This document shows, piece after piece, positions 55,731 through 64,000 of a stretch of 64,000 nucleotides of DNA (positions are counted from its first letter, which is position 1; every line of letters begins with the position of its first letter). The stretch comes from Felis catus (taxonomy: Eukaryota), in assembly GCF_018350175.1 (NCBI RefSeq), contig NC_058369.1:24802001-24866000 (forward strand). The letters run 5' to 3'. The notes beneath the pieces are model-generated. The model saw nothing but the letters and a program-made list of their open reading frames with translations, ran no database searches and had not been told where the DNA came from. The position numbers and the translations under genes are program-made.

Positions 55731-58129
55731 GAGAGAGAGAGAGAGAGAGAGAGCAGGGGAGGGTCAGAGAGAGAGGGAGACACTGAATCCGAAGCAGGCT
55801 CCAGGTTCTGAGCTGTCAGCACAGAGCCTGACATGGGGCTCAAACCCACAAACTGGAAGATCATGACCCAAGCCGAAGTGGGACACCTAACCAACTGAGC
55901 CACCCAGGCACCAACCCAGAGTAGTGATTTTCATTAAAAAGAATGCCCTGGTTTATAAAGAAAGCATTGTCCTTCAAAGTTTATTCCCTTGGGAAACTAC
56001 TGATTTTCAATATTGTTGCTGCTCTAAAAATGCCTGGAAATTTTTTGGAAACATCAAGCCAGTTTACAAGTTCTGCTAGAAAAACCTACTGCTTTAAGAA
56101 AAGGGCGGGGGGGGGGGGGGGGCGCACTGGGTGGCTCAGTGGTTAAGCATCTCTTGACTTCAGCTTACAAGGTTCCTGAGTTTGAGCCCCACATCCAGTT
56201 CTGCACTGATGGCACAGAGCCTGCTTAGAATTCTCTCTCCTTCTCTTTGTCCCTCCCCCACATTTGCTCATGCGCACGCTCTCTCTCTCAAAAACAACTA
56301 TACAAAAAAAAGAAAAAGAAAAGCCTATTGCTACCTTCTCCAACTACTGTTCAGAAGGCAAACAAACAAGTCAGCCCAGACATCTTTGGTGAACATAATT
56401 TTTGCTGAAAGCCCTCAACAATATGTCTTGCCCATTCAGAGTCTTCAAAAAGTCAACTATACACTTCAATTAAAAAAAAGTTTCAAGGGGCGCCTGGGTG
56501 GCGCAGTCGGTTAAGCGTCCGACTTCAGCCAGGTCACGATCTCGCGGTCCGTGAGTTCGAGCCCCGCGTCGGGCTCTGGGCTGATGGCTCAGAGCCTGTT
56601 TCCGATTCTGTGTCTCCCTCTCTCTTTGCCCCTCCCCCGTTCATGCTCTGTCTCTCTCTGTCCCAAAAATAAATAAATGTTGAAAAAAAAATTAAAAAAA
56701 AAAAAAAGTTTCAAGGATATCTGGTTGGCTCAGTCAGTACACTATGTAACTCTAGATCTGGAGTTTATGAGTTCAAGCCCCATGTTGGGTGTAGAGATTA
56801 AGATTACTTAAAAAAACAACAACAACAAACCACAAAAAAAAAAAAAAAACCCACAAAAGCTTCACTCACACTCACAATTTTTTTTTTTTTAAGAAGCTGG
56901 GTGTGAAGCCTGCTTGAGATTCTCTCTCTGGAGAATCCTGAGCCTCAGAGAATATGGCAGCAATGGCCAACACCATGATTCACCTGGTGAAACATGAGGA
57001 AAGGACCTTGCTAACTTGTCCCCAGACTCCTGACCCATCAAAACTGTACAATAATAAATTTGTGTTGTTTTAAGCCACTAAATTTGTAGTAATTTGTTAT
57101 GCAGCAATAAAAAACTAGTACAATGAAACAAACAAACAAAAAAAGGTTCTCTCCCTTGACCCTGCCTGCGCGTGTGCACTTCCAAAACAAAATGACTAAA
57201 ATTTGGTAAATATTATACTTTTAAGTACCTGTAGTTTACTGTATTATCAATTATATCTGAATAAAACTTGCATCTTAGAAAACTCTAAGTTTGTAGTCTT
57301 AGAAAAATGTTAAAATAAAAAATATCAAATCAACAGTGCAAAATTACATCAATTAAGGTAATTCAAGGGGCTTTAACTTTACCTTGAAGAATGAGTAGTA
57401 TTTTATTAGACAGGATATCTTTCTAGGCCAGGATCTAGGCCAAGAGAAGCCTAGGCTTCAAATAAAATGAGGTTTACTGAGGGCAGCAATCATACAAAAC
57501 ATCAGCTTGGAAGGAAGAACTAGACTAAGGAATGTATTACTTTGTTAAGTCTGGGGAGCCACAAGACTTAGGTTTCTGAATGGTCTTGAAAACACGGAAC
57601 AAACAGTAGTGAGAAACACTGGAGTCTGGTAGTGTTATATGGACACCAGAGGTTAGACTGGTGTGGTGGCAGAAGGTACAGAAAAGGAGACATTTTAAAG
57701 GATTTGATGACAAAACAGATATGAAGTCATTAACACTGAAATGAATCCAGGCACTTACCTGGGTAAGCTCATAGGCTCTGTAAGCCAAAAGTGATGTAAC
57801 TCTATTGGCATTCTTTGACACGTGACATTCATGTTTCGGCGTTGGGTCCAAAGCACTTTTATTTAATATAGATTCCAAACTTTTTATTTTACCCTAAAAT
57901 AAAGAAAACCTTTTAAGTCCACCTAACCTAATTATTGACTATATGACATTACAAAATACCTCTCTGAATACAGATCACCTATGACAACAGTTCTTTCCTT
58001 TAATACCTGGTAACACTCAACACTTTTTACCAATATTGAAGCAGTAAAAAGGAGTTAACCATGAAAAAAAGTGCTGTTTGAATTTAATAACAAGGAAATA
58101 AAAAAAATTTTTTTTAAATGTTTATTTTT

Positions 58130-58162
<33 letters not shown>

Positions 58163-61100
58163 CACGAGCAGGGAAGGAGCAGAGAGAGAGGGAGACACAG
58201 AATCCGAAGCAGGCTCCAGGCTCTGAGCTGTCAGCACAGAGCCTGATGCGGGGCTCGAAACCACAAACCGTGGATCATGACCTGAAGTCGGACGCTCAAC
58301 CGACTGAGCCACCCACGCGCCCCAAGGAAATAAAAATTTTATTCACGACACTGTTCATTAGCCTAAATGACATTACCGTTGTATTACCTCTTCATTCTTT
58401 TCTTTGGAAAGGAAGTCAAATAGATTAAAGATGGCAAACCACTCTTCAAAGTATGTTTATCTACTAAATAAAGCAAGCATCAATTTTAATTTAATCAAAC
58501 TCCTAAAGACAGAGCCAACTAAAATCCAAACCAAATGCTGTCTTTGATATATGAAATGTAAAAGTTAAAATTACCTTCATTATTTTAAAAATAACAACAT
58601 CGCCCACTGCCCCAGCTTCCAAAGGGTTAGCTTGTAATAAATCAGCATACTTAGAGAGATAGATACCTAGTAAAGAGGGAAAAATTAAAGAATTTGAATA
58701 AGGGCACAAATACTAAAAAGAAAATTCAAACATTCAATCTAATGATGAGAGAAAAAGTATGACAACTTAAAAAAAAATGTAATGGCAGTAAAGACAGTGG
58801 ATATTAATCCAAAGCAAAACAAACAAAAAACAAAACCTAACCACAAAACAACAAAAAAACCTGTGAAACTATCCAAATTTCTCAAAATCACCAGGACTGA
58901 GTTAAAAAAATAATAATCTTTGATCAATTTGAAGTATGCAAATCAGAAACAAAGGGTAAAACTGGTTTTACGCTGCATAACTTCAAACTATCCTTTTTCT
59001 GAGAACGTGACAAAGCAAACATGAATTTAATTATAAGGACTGCAACAAAATTAAACATGTTTAAGTGGCAACTTAATAATAGATAAATGAAAAAAAAAAA
59101 AGATTACCCATGGAAGGACTGCCAAGAATGGTTATTTTGGACTGGCCCACCTGTAATCCTTTTTCACATATGCTTTGCACCTAAATAAACAAAACACTTC
59201 ATCTTGCGATCATAATACATTTAAAACATGAAAAGATAATTTATAAACGTGTTTTAAATAAAATACAAGCTCCTAAACCCTATAAGTTCTACATTATAGA
59301 AATTTTATACACATGACAATTTATGACTAAATATCAGTGTGAAACTGGCTTATGCTTCCAATGTAACCATAGCAGATATCCATTTTTGTTTATACTAGGT
59401 GTGACAGATACTCAGAATTCATGCCACTCGTATATACAAACATTCCCTTTTAAAGAGAATTAGAACTGGCAAAACATTTAAAGAAAAAGTAACTCCACCT
59501 ACACAACTTTAATTAAAGGAGACAAAACAGCTCCTAGTACATATAATCAACAATACAGAAGATAATCTACTTTAATAAAGAGAAAATTATTATCAAGCAC
59601 ATCCTAGGCAAAGAAAATAGGCTTGGTCAGAGAAAAAATAAGCACATTTGAACAATAAATTACATAACAATGAAATATCTTGCCCTACTAAATCATTTCT
59701 TCCACATATATATCCATTTACACATATCATTTATAGTAAAATGTAAAACATTAGTTTATAATTACCAAGTGTATTGTTCACACTGCAAAATTAGTAACTT
59801 ACAGTGGAAACATCCTCAAATTGTTTTTTATAAAAGGAGTTCACACACCTGATATCGATCAACCATAAGAAATGCATAGGATTCCGAAAGTTCTTTATCC
59901 AAACGACCATCAAACTTCAGTTCTCTTCGCTTTTCGGTGAACTAAATAAAATAAAATCTGTAATAACTCCTTAGCATGTGATTACGTCTTTCAAGCTAAT
60001 AGCTTCAGGAATTTTATTTCTAAGAAATCCCAAATGTAACCAAAGCAGAAATGATCTTTTCTCTCCCTATAATTTCTATGCTTCGATTAATTTTTACCCC
60101 ATTATAACTAGCTCTTTATACCTTGTAATAATCAAATAAACATCTAATATCTATGAATTTTAACTAAATGTCTACTAAAATTTTGCCATATTCCAACTCT
60201 CCCACAGATTTTTAAGTTAATAGTTACCTTTGGATCTCTCATTTTACATAACATGGTACACTGCATAAAGTAGGTGGTTTAATCTCTGCGGAATGGCCAA
60301 CTTCTGGACTATAAACTCAATTAGGACAAGGAAAAATGTTTTCTTTATAACTACATTCTCAATGCCAAGTACATAAGATGTACTCCATATATATTTCCTG
60401 GATAAAAGTGACATCCTCTAAGTATAACTCAACTGCAAGTCACCCAAACTGCTTTCACTTTTAGATACAAGCAAATGGATATACATTCAAAATATGGAAC
60501 ATACATCTAAGAGATTTATATGCAGTATTCAGGCCATTACTGATGTTCAGTAATTAAAGAATTGTTAGACAAAATTTTCATATAAAGTTAATAAATAATC
60601 CCTATCACACCCTAAAATCACATCAAACTATCAAGGTTTTAATTTTCTCAAGTAGCCGTAACTTCAGGGATTCCTTCGAAGTTCAATTCTGGTAGCACTG
60701 GGTTGACCACTTTACAAAAGTACAAAATTAATAGTAGTTCATGTGCATTAGAAAGCAACAAACACAAAATATTTCTAAACATCTCATTTGTATTACTGCA
60801 GAATTCCTCATTCTGGCTTTTCCTAAAAACGTTTATAATCTACATGAAACTTAAATTTACTACCTTACATACTTAACTATTCCCCTTTGTTTACATCTCT
60901 TTTTTTTAAGTTTTATTTATTGGGTGCCTGCATGGCTCAAACTCACGAACCGTGAGATCATGAACTGAAGTCAGACACTTAAACTGAATGAGCCACCCAG
61001 GTTCTCCCAAAACTAGCATTTTTAAAGAAAAGGAACATAAAACAACTTCCAGGCTATTAACTGGTTATGAAGAATCTTACAATAAGTACTATTTAAAACT

Positions 61101-61249
61101 TACCTCCTTTTCCAAAAGTTCATTATGTATCAAGCAAGCACGTTTGTAGTTAAAATTTGTTACTGAGGTTGGTTCAAGGTAAGATGAATGGAGAATATTT
61201 AGAACGTCTTCAAATTCTCGAGAGCCTGGAGTTAATGGCTGAAAAAGTG
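19939..61249 (-). CDS. TASOR: TASOR (FAM208A), HUSH complex scaffold; exons 2-24, including the pseudo-PARP/DUF3715 and SPOC regions
   Basis: 23 phase-consistent GT-AG exons totalling 4670 nt. Translation [15 protein letters not shown]...[25 protein letters not shown]...YELTQYYFYEY...[12 protein letters not shown]...[16 protein letters not shown]...[15 protein letters not shown] is recognisably TASOR. Confidence 0.97.
20693..20748 (-). CDS. TASOR: TASOR alternative C-terminal exon ([18 protein letters not shown])
   Basis: tttag|AT acceptor in phase with the exon 23 donor; peptide matches the C-terminus of the shorter human isoform as I recall it. Confidence 0.75.
21352..21516 (-). CDS. TASOR: TASOR exon 23
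   Basis: tttag|AA ... G|gtaact, 165 nt. Confidence 0.94.
21683..21861 (-). CDS. TASOR: TASOR exon 22
   Basis: cacag|A ... G|gtaaag, 179 nt. Confidence 0.94.
22565..22743 (-). mobile_element. CAN-SINE
   Basis: Antisense SINEC consensus. Confidence 0.85.
23359..23467 (-). CDS. TASOR: TASOR exon 21
   Basis: aacag|AA ... AG|gtaaga, 109 nt, [12 protein letters not shown]...WQWKVHCK. Confidence 0.94.
23573..23639 (-). mobile_element. Extremely 5'-truncated felid L1 (terminal ~35 nt plus A-tail)
   Basis: ttttaaatatatgaaacttattgtcaaattggtttccat resembles the L1_Fc 3' terminus; perfect 16-bp TSD aaatgtctactttcct. Confidence 0.85.
23959..24175 (+). mobile_element. CAN-SINE
   Basis: TSD aaaagcatgagtca. 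Confidence 0.9.
24250..24409 (-). CDS. TASOR: TASOR exon 20
   Basis: aatag|GTA ... G|gtaaga, 160 nt, [23 protein letters not shown]. Confidence 0.94.
25187..25309 (-). CDS. TASOR: TASOR exon 19
   Basis: aacag|GAA ... AAG|gtagaa, 123 nt, [17 protein letters not shown]. Confidence 0.94.
27400..28334 (-). CDS. TASOR: TASOR exon 18
   Basis: tatag|GT ATG AAA ... AAG|gtaact, 935 nt. Confidence 0.93.
29674..30145 (+). mobile_element. Two tandem CAN-SINEs (about 29674-29936 and 29942-30145)
   Basis: Two heads, CT tracts and tails; (caa)n microsatellite in the first tail. Confidence 0.9.
30490..30810 (+). mobile_element. Old L1 (L1ME-like) 3' end
   Basis: cataatgttgagtgaaagagcc...ctggggtgctggaaatggtctacatct...tgcactaaagatttatgcacttta. 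Confidence 0.75.
31655..31714 (-). CDS. TASOR: TASOR exon 17 (60 nt, symmetric phase 1/1, skippable)
   Basis: ctcag|GA ... G|gtgaga, [19 protein letters not shown]. Confidence 0.88.
32979..33120 (-). CDS. TASOR: TASOR exon 16
   Basis: tttag|GAT ... G|gtaaga, 142 nt, [17 protein letters not shown]...WKLIPIT. Confidence 0.94.
33193..33310 (-). mobile_element. Short CAN-SINE
   Basis: TSD taaacaactatttt. Confidence 0.85.
33458..33640. mobile_element. MER58-like DNA transposon relic
   Basis: cagaggttggtaagc...aatattttaggccttgtgggcc...actcagctctgccactgtagtgcaaaagcagcc. Confidence 0.7.
34396..34802 (-). CDS. TASOR: TASOR exon 15
   Basis: ttcag|AG ... GAA|gtaagc, 407 nt. Confidence 0.95.
35650..35895 (+). 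mobile_element. Old L1 3' end fragment
   Basis: atactgtatgattc...gggagtgatgggaatgttct...aactgtacacttaaatggg. Confidence 0.7.
36370..36512 (+). mobile_element. MIR SINE relic
   Basis: tatttaacttctctgag...tttcctcatctgaaaaataagaataataat...gcacctggcacatagtaagcact. Confidence 0.75.
36970..37140. mobile_element. MER3/MER33-like DNA transposon relic
   Basis: gcaatgatggaaatgtcctctatctgtgct...acgtggctagtggctaccatat. Confidence 0.65.
37783..37990. mobile_element. MER58A-like DNA transposon with TIR remnants
   Basis: cagtagttggcaaa ... tttgcagacccctg ends. Confidence 0.75.
38068..38769 (-). CDS. TASOR: TASOR exon 14
   Basis: tacag|CA ... G|gtaaaa, 702 nt. Confidence 0.96.
39247..39493 (+). mobile_element. 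CAN-SINE with (gaaaa)n tail
   Basis: TSD gaaaatg(t/a)cattc. Confidence 0.9.
39615..39806 (+). mobile_element. 5'-truncated carnivore L1 (3' UTR plus A-tail)
   Basis: aacaaactgaggg...gggcattaaggagggcact...gggatgagcactg; TSD tcagtgtgaaaa. Confidence 0.85.
40170..40241 (-). CDS. TASOR: TASOR exon 13
   Basis: tttag|AA ... T|gtaagt, 72 nt, [19 protein letters not shown]. Confidence 0.93.
40343..40415 (-). CDS. TASOR: TASOR exon 12
   Basis: tgcag|GTT ... TATG|gtaggt, 73 nt, [17 protein letters not shown]. Confidence 0.93.
41667..41890 (+). mobile_element. CAN-SINE
   Basis: SINE head, CT tract and A-tail. Confidence 0.87.
42484..42620 (+). mobile_element. Short CAN-SINE
   Basis: ggggcgcctggatgtctcagtcggtggagcatatgactcttgatctcagggttgtgagttcgagccc. 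Confidence 0.85.
42790..48085 (+). mobile_element. Old decayed LINE-1 block in TASOR intron 11 (ORF1-like about 43950-44500, then ORF2 remnants), with nested SINEs at about 42974-43180, 43460-43810, 45335-45535, 46769-46915 and 47433-47680
   Basis: A-rich L1 sense strand; ORF1-like peptide [14 protein letters not shown]...CQPRIVYP; aaatggacaaattcct; ttattcaacattgtactgga. Confidence 0.8.
45762..46016. mobile_element. MLT2-like (ERVL) solo LTR, internally deleted
   Basis: TG...CA ends: tgtgatagttaattttgtgtgtcaac...cctattagttctgttcctctggagaaccctaataca. Confidence 0.8.
49680..50432 (+). mobile_element. LINE-2 relic
   Basis: aacacggatctgatcatgt...ctcttaggat...attcaataaatatttgttg, L2 3'-end-like. 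Confidence 0.55.
50692..50795 (-). CDS. TASOR: TASOR exon 11
   Basis: gtcag|TT ... CTT|gtgagt, 104 nt, [15 protein letters not shown]. Confidence 0.95.
50875..50978 (-). CDS. TASOR: TASOR exon 10
   Basis: ttcag|T ... G|gtaagt, 104 nt, [16 protein letters not shown]. Confidence 0.95.
51747..51852 (-). CDS. TASOR: TASOR exon 9
   Basis: tttag|AC ... CT|gtaagt, 106 nt, [16 protein letters not shown]. Confidence 0.95.
52587..52618 (-). CDS. TASOR: TASOR exon 8
   Basis: tgtag|A ... G|gtaaga, 32 nt, [10 protein letters not shown]. Confidence 0.9.
52970..53350 (-). mobile_element. LINE-2 relic
   Basis: cattcaataaatatttac...ccaggcacagttctag...ccctgccttcatagagtttaca...gcagaggccctgaggcag. Confidence 0.65.
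53413..53451 (+). repeat. Long poly(A) tract
   Basis: About 39 consecutive A. Confidence 0.9.
53962..54191 (+). mobile_element. Young SINEC_Fc
   Basis: Near-consensus copy; TSD taaagcttataaga. Confidence 0.95.
54211..54745 (+). mobile_element. MER5-like relic split by a CAN-SINE (about 54274-54425, TSD aaaattaccaatgcctagg), followed by another CAN-SINE (54551-54745, TSD aaaagctgcatttta)
   Basis: cagtggtactcaac...atcagaatcacctggaagctttt; TSDs visible. Confidence 0.8.
54998..55122 (-). CDS. TASOR: TASOR exon 7
   Basis: tttag|TAT ... AG|gtaaga, 125 nt, [24 protein letters not shown]. Confidence 0.95.
55695..55912 (-). mobile_element. CAN-SINE
   Basis: Antisense consensus; TSD-like aga(c/g)tagtgattt. 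Confidence 0.9.
56105..56320 (+). mobile_element. CAN-SINE with G-run at its head
   Basis: SINE head, CT tract and A-rich tail. Confidence 0.85.
56487..56850 (+). mobile_element. Young SINEC_Fc (56487-56700) inserted at the head of an older short SINE (about 56715-56850)
   Basis: TSD aaaaaaagtttcaagg. Confidence 0.92.
56930..57122 (+). mobile_element. MLT1-like (MaLR) LTR 3' part
   Basis: cccagactcctgaccc...aataaatttgtgttgttttaagccactaaatttgtagtaatttgttatgcagcaata...actagtaca. Confidence 0.8.
57759..57893 (-). CDS. TASOR: TASOR exon 6
   Basis: ttttag|GGT ... CAG|gtaagt, 135 nt, [25 protein letters not shown]. Confidence 0.93.
58105..58323 (-). mobile_element. CAN-SINE (SINEC_Fc type)
   Basis: TSD caaggaaataaaaa. 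Confidence 0.92.
58575..58666 (-). CDS. TASOR: TASOR exon 5
   Basis: ctag|GT ... AAG|gtaatt, 92 nt, [16 protein letters not shown]. Confidence 0.95.
59108..59180 (-). CDS. TASOR: TASOR exon 4
   Basis: tttag|GTG ... ATGG|gtaatc, 73 nt, [24 protein letters not shown]. Confidence 0.95.
59849..59941 (-). CDS. TASOR: TASOR exon 3
   Basis: tttag|TTC ... CAG|gtgtgt, 93 nt, [12 protein letters not shown]. Confidence 0.95.
60900..61008 (-). mobile_element. Internally deleted CAN-SINE
   Basis: T-tail joined to ggctcaaactcacgaaccgtgagatcatga...gagccacccagg. Confidence 0.8.
61104..61249 (-). CDS. TASOR: TASOR exon 2
   Basis: ttttag|CA ... GAG|gtaagt, 146 nt. Confidence 0.95.
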
Positions 61250-62934
61250 CTAAAACAAAACAAAACAAACATTAATTTTAAGATTATTCCTTCTTAAGCG
61301 TAATTTCTTAAACTTTTGTGGGCTTACTATAACTTTTAAATAAAGTTGAAATAAGGCATCAAGGCTAATTTTGTGATATTCAAAAGAAACACATATTAAC
61401 AGAGAGAAAATAAAAATCAATTGCCTACATTGTTCAGTTCCTTCAGCAACAAGTATCTGGCCGTTACACATGCACGAGCAGGTTACAATTTTGCAAACCT
61501 TAAGAATGTTACATCAGGCAACTTTAATTGCATAAAGACTCTCATAAGAAAGAATCTGTGCATAAGCTCAACTTGTCTCCACTCCTTTTTTATGTTACAC
61601 TGAAATAGGTCTAGGACCATTTACTTGAGCAAACTAAATGCTTACAGCATAAATGAATGCATAAAAACATTTAAGATACTTATGTATCTATATAATAAAA
61701 CTACCCTACCTGGTTTTTAGTACTAACGTTAGAATAAAATACCCTGCATCCATTGGCTTCTTGTATTACCAATACAAAGTAGTGGGACATTATGAAAGCT
61801 TAGTGAAATGGAAAGATGTAGAGCTCTGGAGTGAAGCATGGACACAAATATCAGATCTAGCATTTACTAGCTTTGTGGAAGTCCCTGGGTAAATCAATTC
61901 ACTTAACCAAAAATAAGCTCAGTTCTCCTACCTGTAAGAATTCATTCCAGCTATCCTAATAACCACTAAATTCTACATGCCACACATGATACAATACACA
62001 GAAAAAGCTCTAAGCACAACATCTGTTGTTCAAGTAAGACAATAAAAGTTTTTACTCCCCACACCTACAACTATTCCACAACCCATTTAATTTTTAAAAT
62101 ACTTAAATATCCACTTGTTCTTAGACCAGTGGATTACTGGTCTAATAATTTCAAATTTCCACTTCAAGCATGAAATAGTTTAACTTAATAATAAATTTCA
62201 AGAATCTATGTACATAAAATTTCCCCAAGCCAAAAAAGGAACTACTTATATTTCACTGTATATAGAAGTATTCATTCATAGAACTTGGTTATACTGTGTT
62301 ACCTTAATTTCTTTTGAGGTACTATTTCTAAAGAGTCAATAAATTTCACGGTCAAAATACTTTTAGGCTACTACTAAAAATTGTACGTACTCTTAACAGT
62401 ACTAGACAGCAAATAAGATATTTTCACCGTATTTTCTAAACATACTATTAGGCTTTAAAGGACATGTCAAATGACATATCCATCCATCCCTTCACCAAAC
62501 CATGTATATTATTACAAAAGTGTCTGTAAAACTGTAACGTGTGTATAAATGTGTATATCGATGACAAAATGTGTATATACGGTGCCCACTACTTTGGGAT
62601 CGCACACTAAAATAAAGAAATAAAGCCAACATAGTTATAATGCAATGAAGACACTGACTAGGGTTAATCAGAAAAAAAAACAACAACCCTCAAATAGAAC
62701 AATTAAACACAAAGTGTCCTATAATCAAATTTGTAGCAGATGAATACATTCAATAATCTACTGTTGTAACCTCTACTGTTGTAACCTCCACGAGAGCCAG
62801 AACCATATGTGCTTTATTACTCTACCTTTATCATATGCCAGTAGCTAGAACTGTGAGCACTGGACCCAAGTAAGTTGAATAAGTAAGTTTGTAAAGAAAG
62901 TGAGAATAAACTTTCTCAATGATTTTTATACTGA

Positions 62935-63120
62935 GGGGTGCCTGTGTGGCTTAGTTGGTTAAACAGCTGACTTTGGCTCAGGTCATGATCTCATTATTCA
63001 TGAGTTCAAGCCCCACATCAGGCTCTCTGCTGGCAGCACCAAACCTGCTTCAGATTCTCTATCCTCCTCTTTGCCCCTCCCCCACTTGCATTCTCTTTCA
63101 AAATAAACTTAAAAAAAAAG
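62935..63120 (+). mobile_element. CAN-SINE
   Basis: TSD tttatactga. Confidence 0.9.
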
Positions 63121-64000
63121 TTTATACTGAATACAAACATATTCTACACCTACCAAAGTATCATTGCTGTGTCATCTTAAATTAAGTCCCACAGATTCAA
63201 TAATTCAGTAATATGTAAAACAAAATATAAGCTCTGAAATAAATCCTCTTAAGTCAAAATCAGTTTTACAGAATAGGAAAAAACATCTTTGTGACTGTCC
63301 CCAACTAAATTGGGAAAAACTTGGCAAGGAGAACAGCATGTATTTGGAATAGTCTTTATCGGCTTTCACATCCAAAATGGGTTAAGCATGATTTCAAAAA
63401 TTGGGTTTTATGCACGGTTCCTTTTTTTGTTGTTTCTAAGTGACTTCAGACATCTAAAATGCTCCCTCTGCAAAAGTTTCATGTGGCTTTAAACTTCTAT
63501 GAAATCTTACAAGTCTACATAAAGCATTTTCCTTAGTTCAGCTGTCCCAACACTATTTTGACTATCAATCTAATCATATGGGGAAAATTTCATCATATAA
63601 GTTTATAGAGAAATTAACATTCCAATTATCAGAAAAGTACTTAACATTTGTTTCATTCCAAAGCAATGTCCTATAGTCATGTCAAGTGTCCTCAAGTAGA
63701 CTGCCAGTGGGGGGAAAACATTCTTGTGAATGAAAATATAGAAAAAGATGCCTGTGTCCTAGTTATTTTATATATCAAATGATTCCATTGGCTTTACTAG
63801 TTAGGCCAAAGTTGTAATTTCTCTTTTTCCTCCCAGTTTTCATTTCTACAAAAATAAAATTATGCTGTTAACTCTTTTTAAGGATTTCAAGTCAAAGTGC
63901 TGGTAATCATAATTAGAAATTTAACAAGTTTTTGTTCTGAATGTACATTCCCTAGTGGCCTATTTTGTCCTTAATAATCCTCTTAACACTCCACATCCCT

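Noticed and set aside
62121..62145. 10-bp inverted repeat ttagaccagt-ggatt-actggtctaa
   Set aside because: Too short for a pre-miRNA; isolated and compatible with chance or local template switching.
1..64000. Prokaryote-type systems (CRISPR, operons, IS elements) or horizontally acquired inserts
   Set aside because: Sequence is consistently mammalian intron/exon and repeat DNA; no repeat-spacer array or long unexplained ORF seen.

Overview
Mammalian genomic DNA, almost certainly a felid: it is dense in tRNA-derived CAN-SINEs of the SINEC_Fc type and in carnivore L1s. The window holds two convergent spliced genes. CCDC66 lies on the + strand (last 7 coding exons, 2590-18556). TASOR/FAM208A, the HUSH-complex scaffold, lies on the - strand (exons 2-24, 61249 down to 19939; exon 1 is outside the window). 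All TASOR junctions were traced by hand as GT-AG and phase-consistent (4670 coding nt). I see no prokaryote-style novel system. The strongest oddities are: (i) an apparent 27-nt in-frame deletion in the TASOR pseudo-PARP (DUF3715) domain relative to the human protein as I recall it; (ii) a CCDC66 exon whose best-looking acceptor is out of phase, so it needs a cryptic acceptor or gives a premature stop; (iii) several candidate poison or micro-exons and alternative splice sites in TASOR; (iv) unusual SINE/L1 insertion scars. Comparisons to human orthologues are from memory and need alignment. Repeat boundaries are approximate unless TSDs are given.
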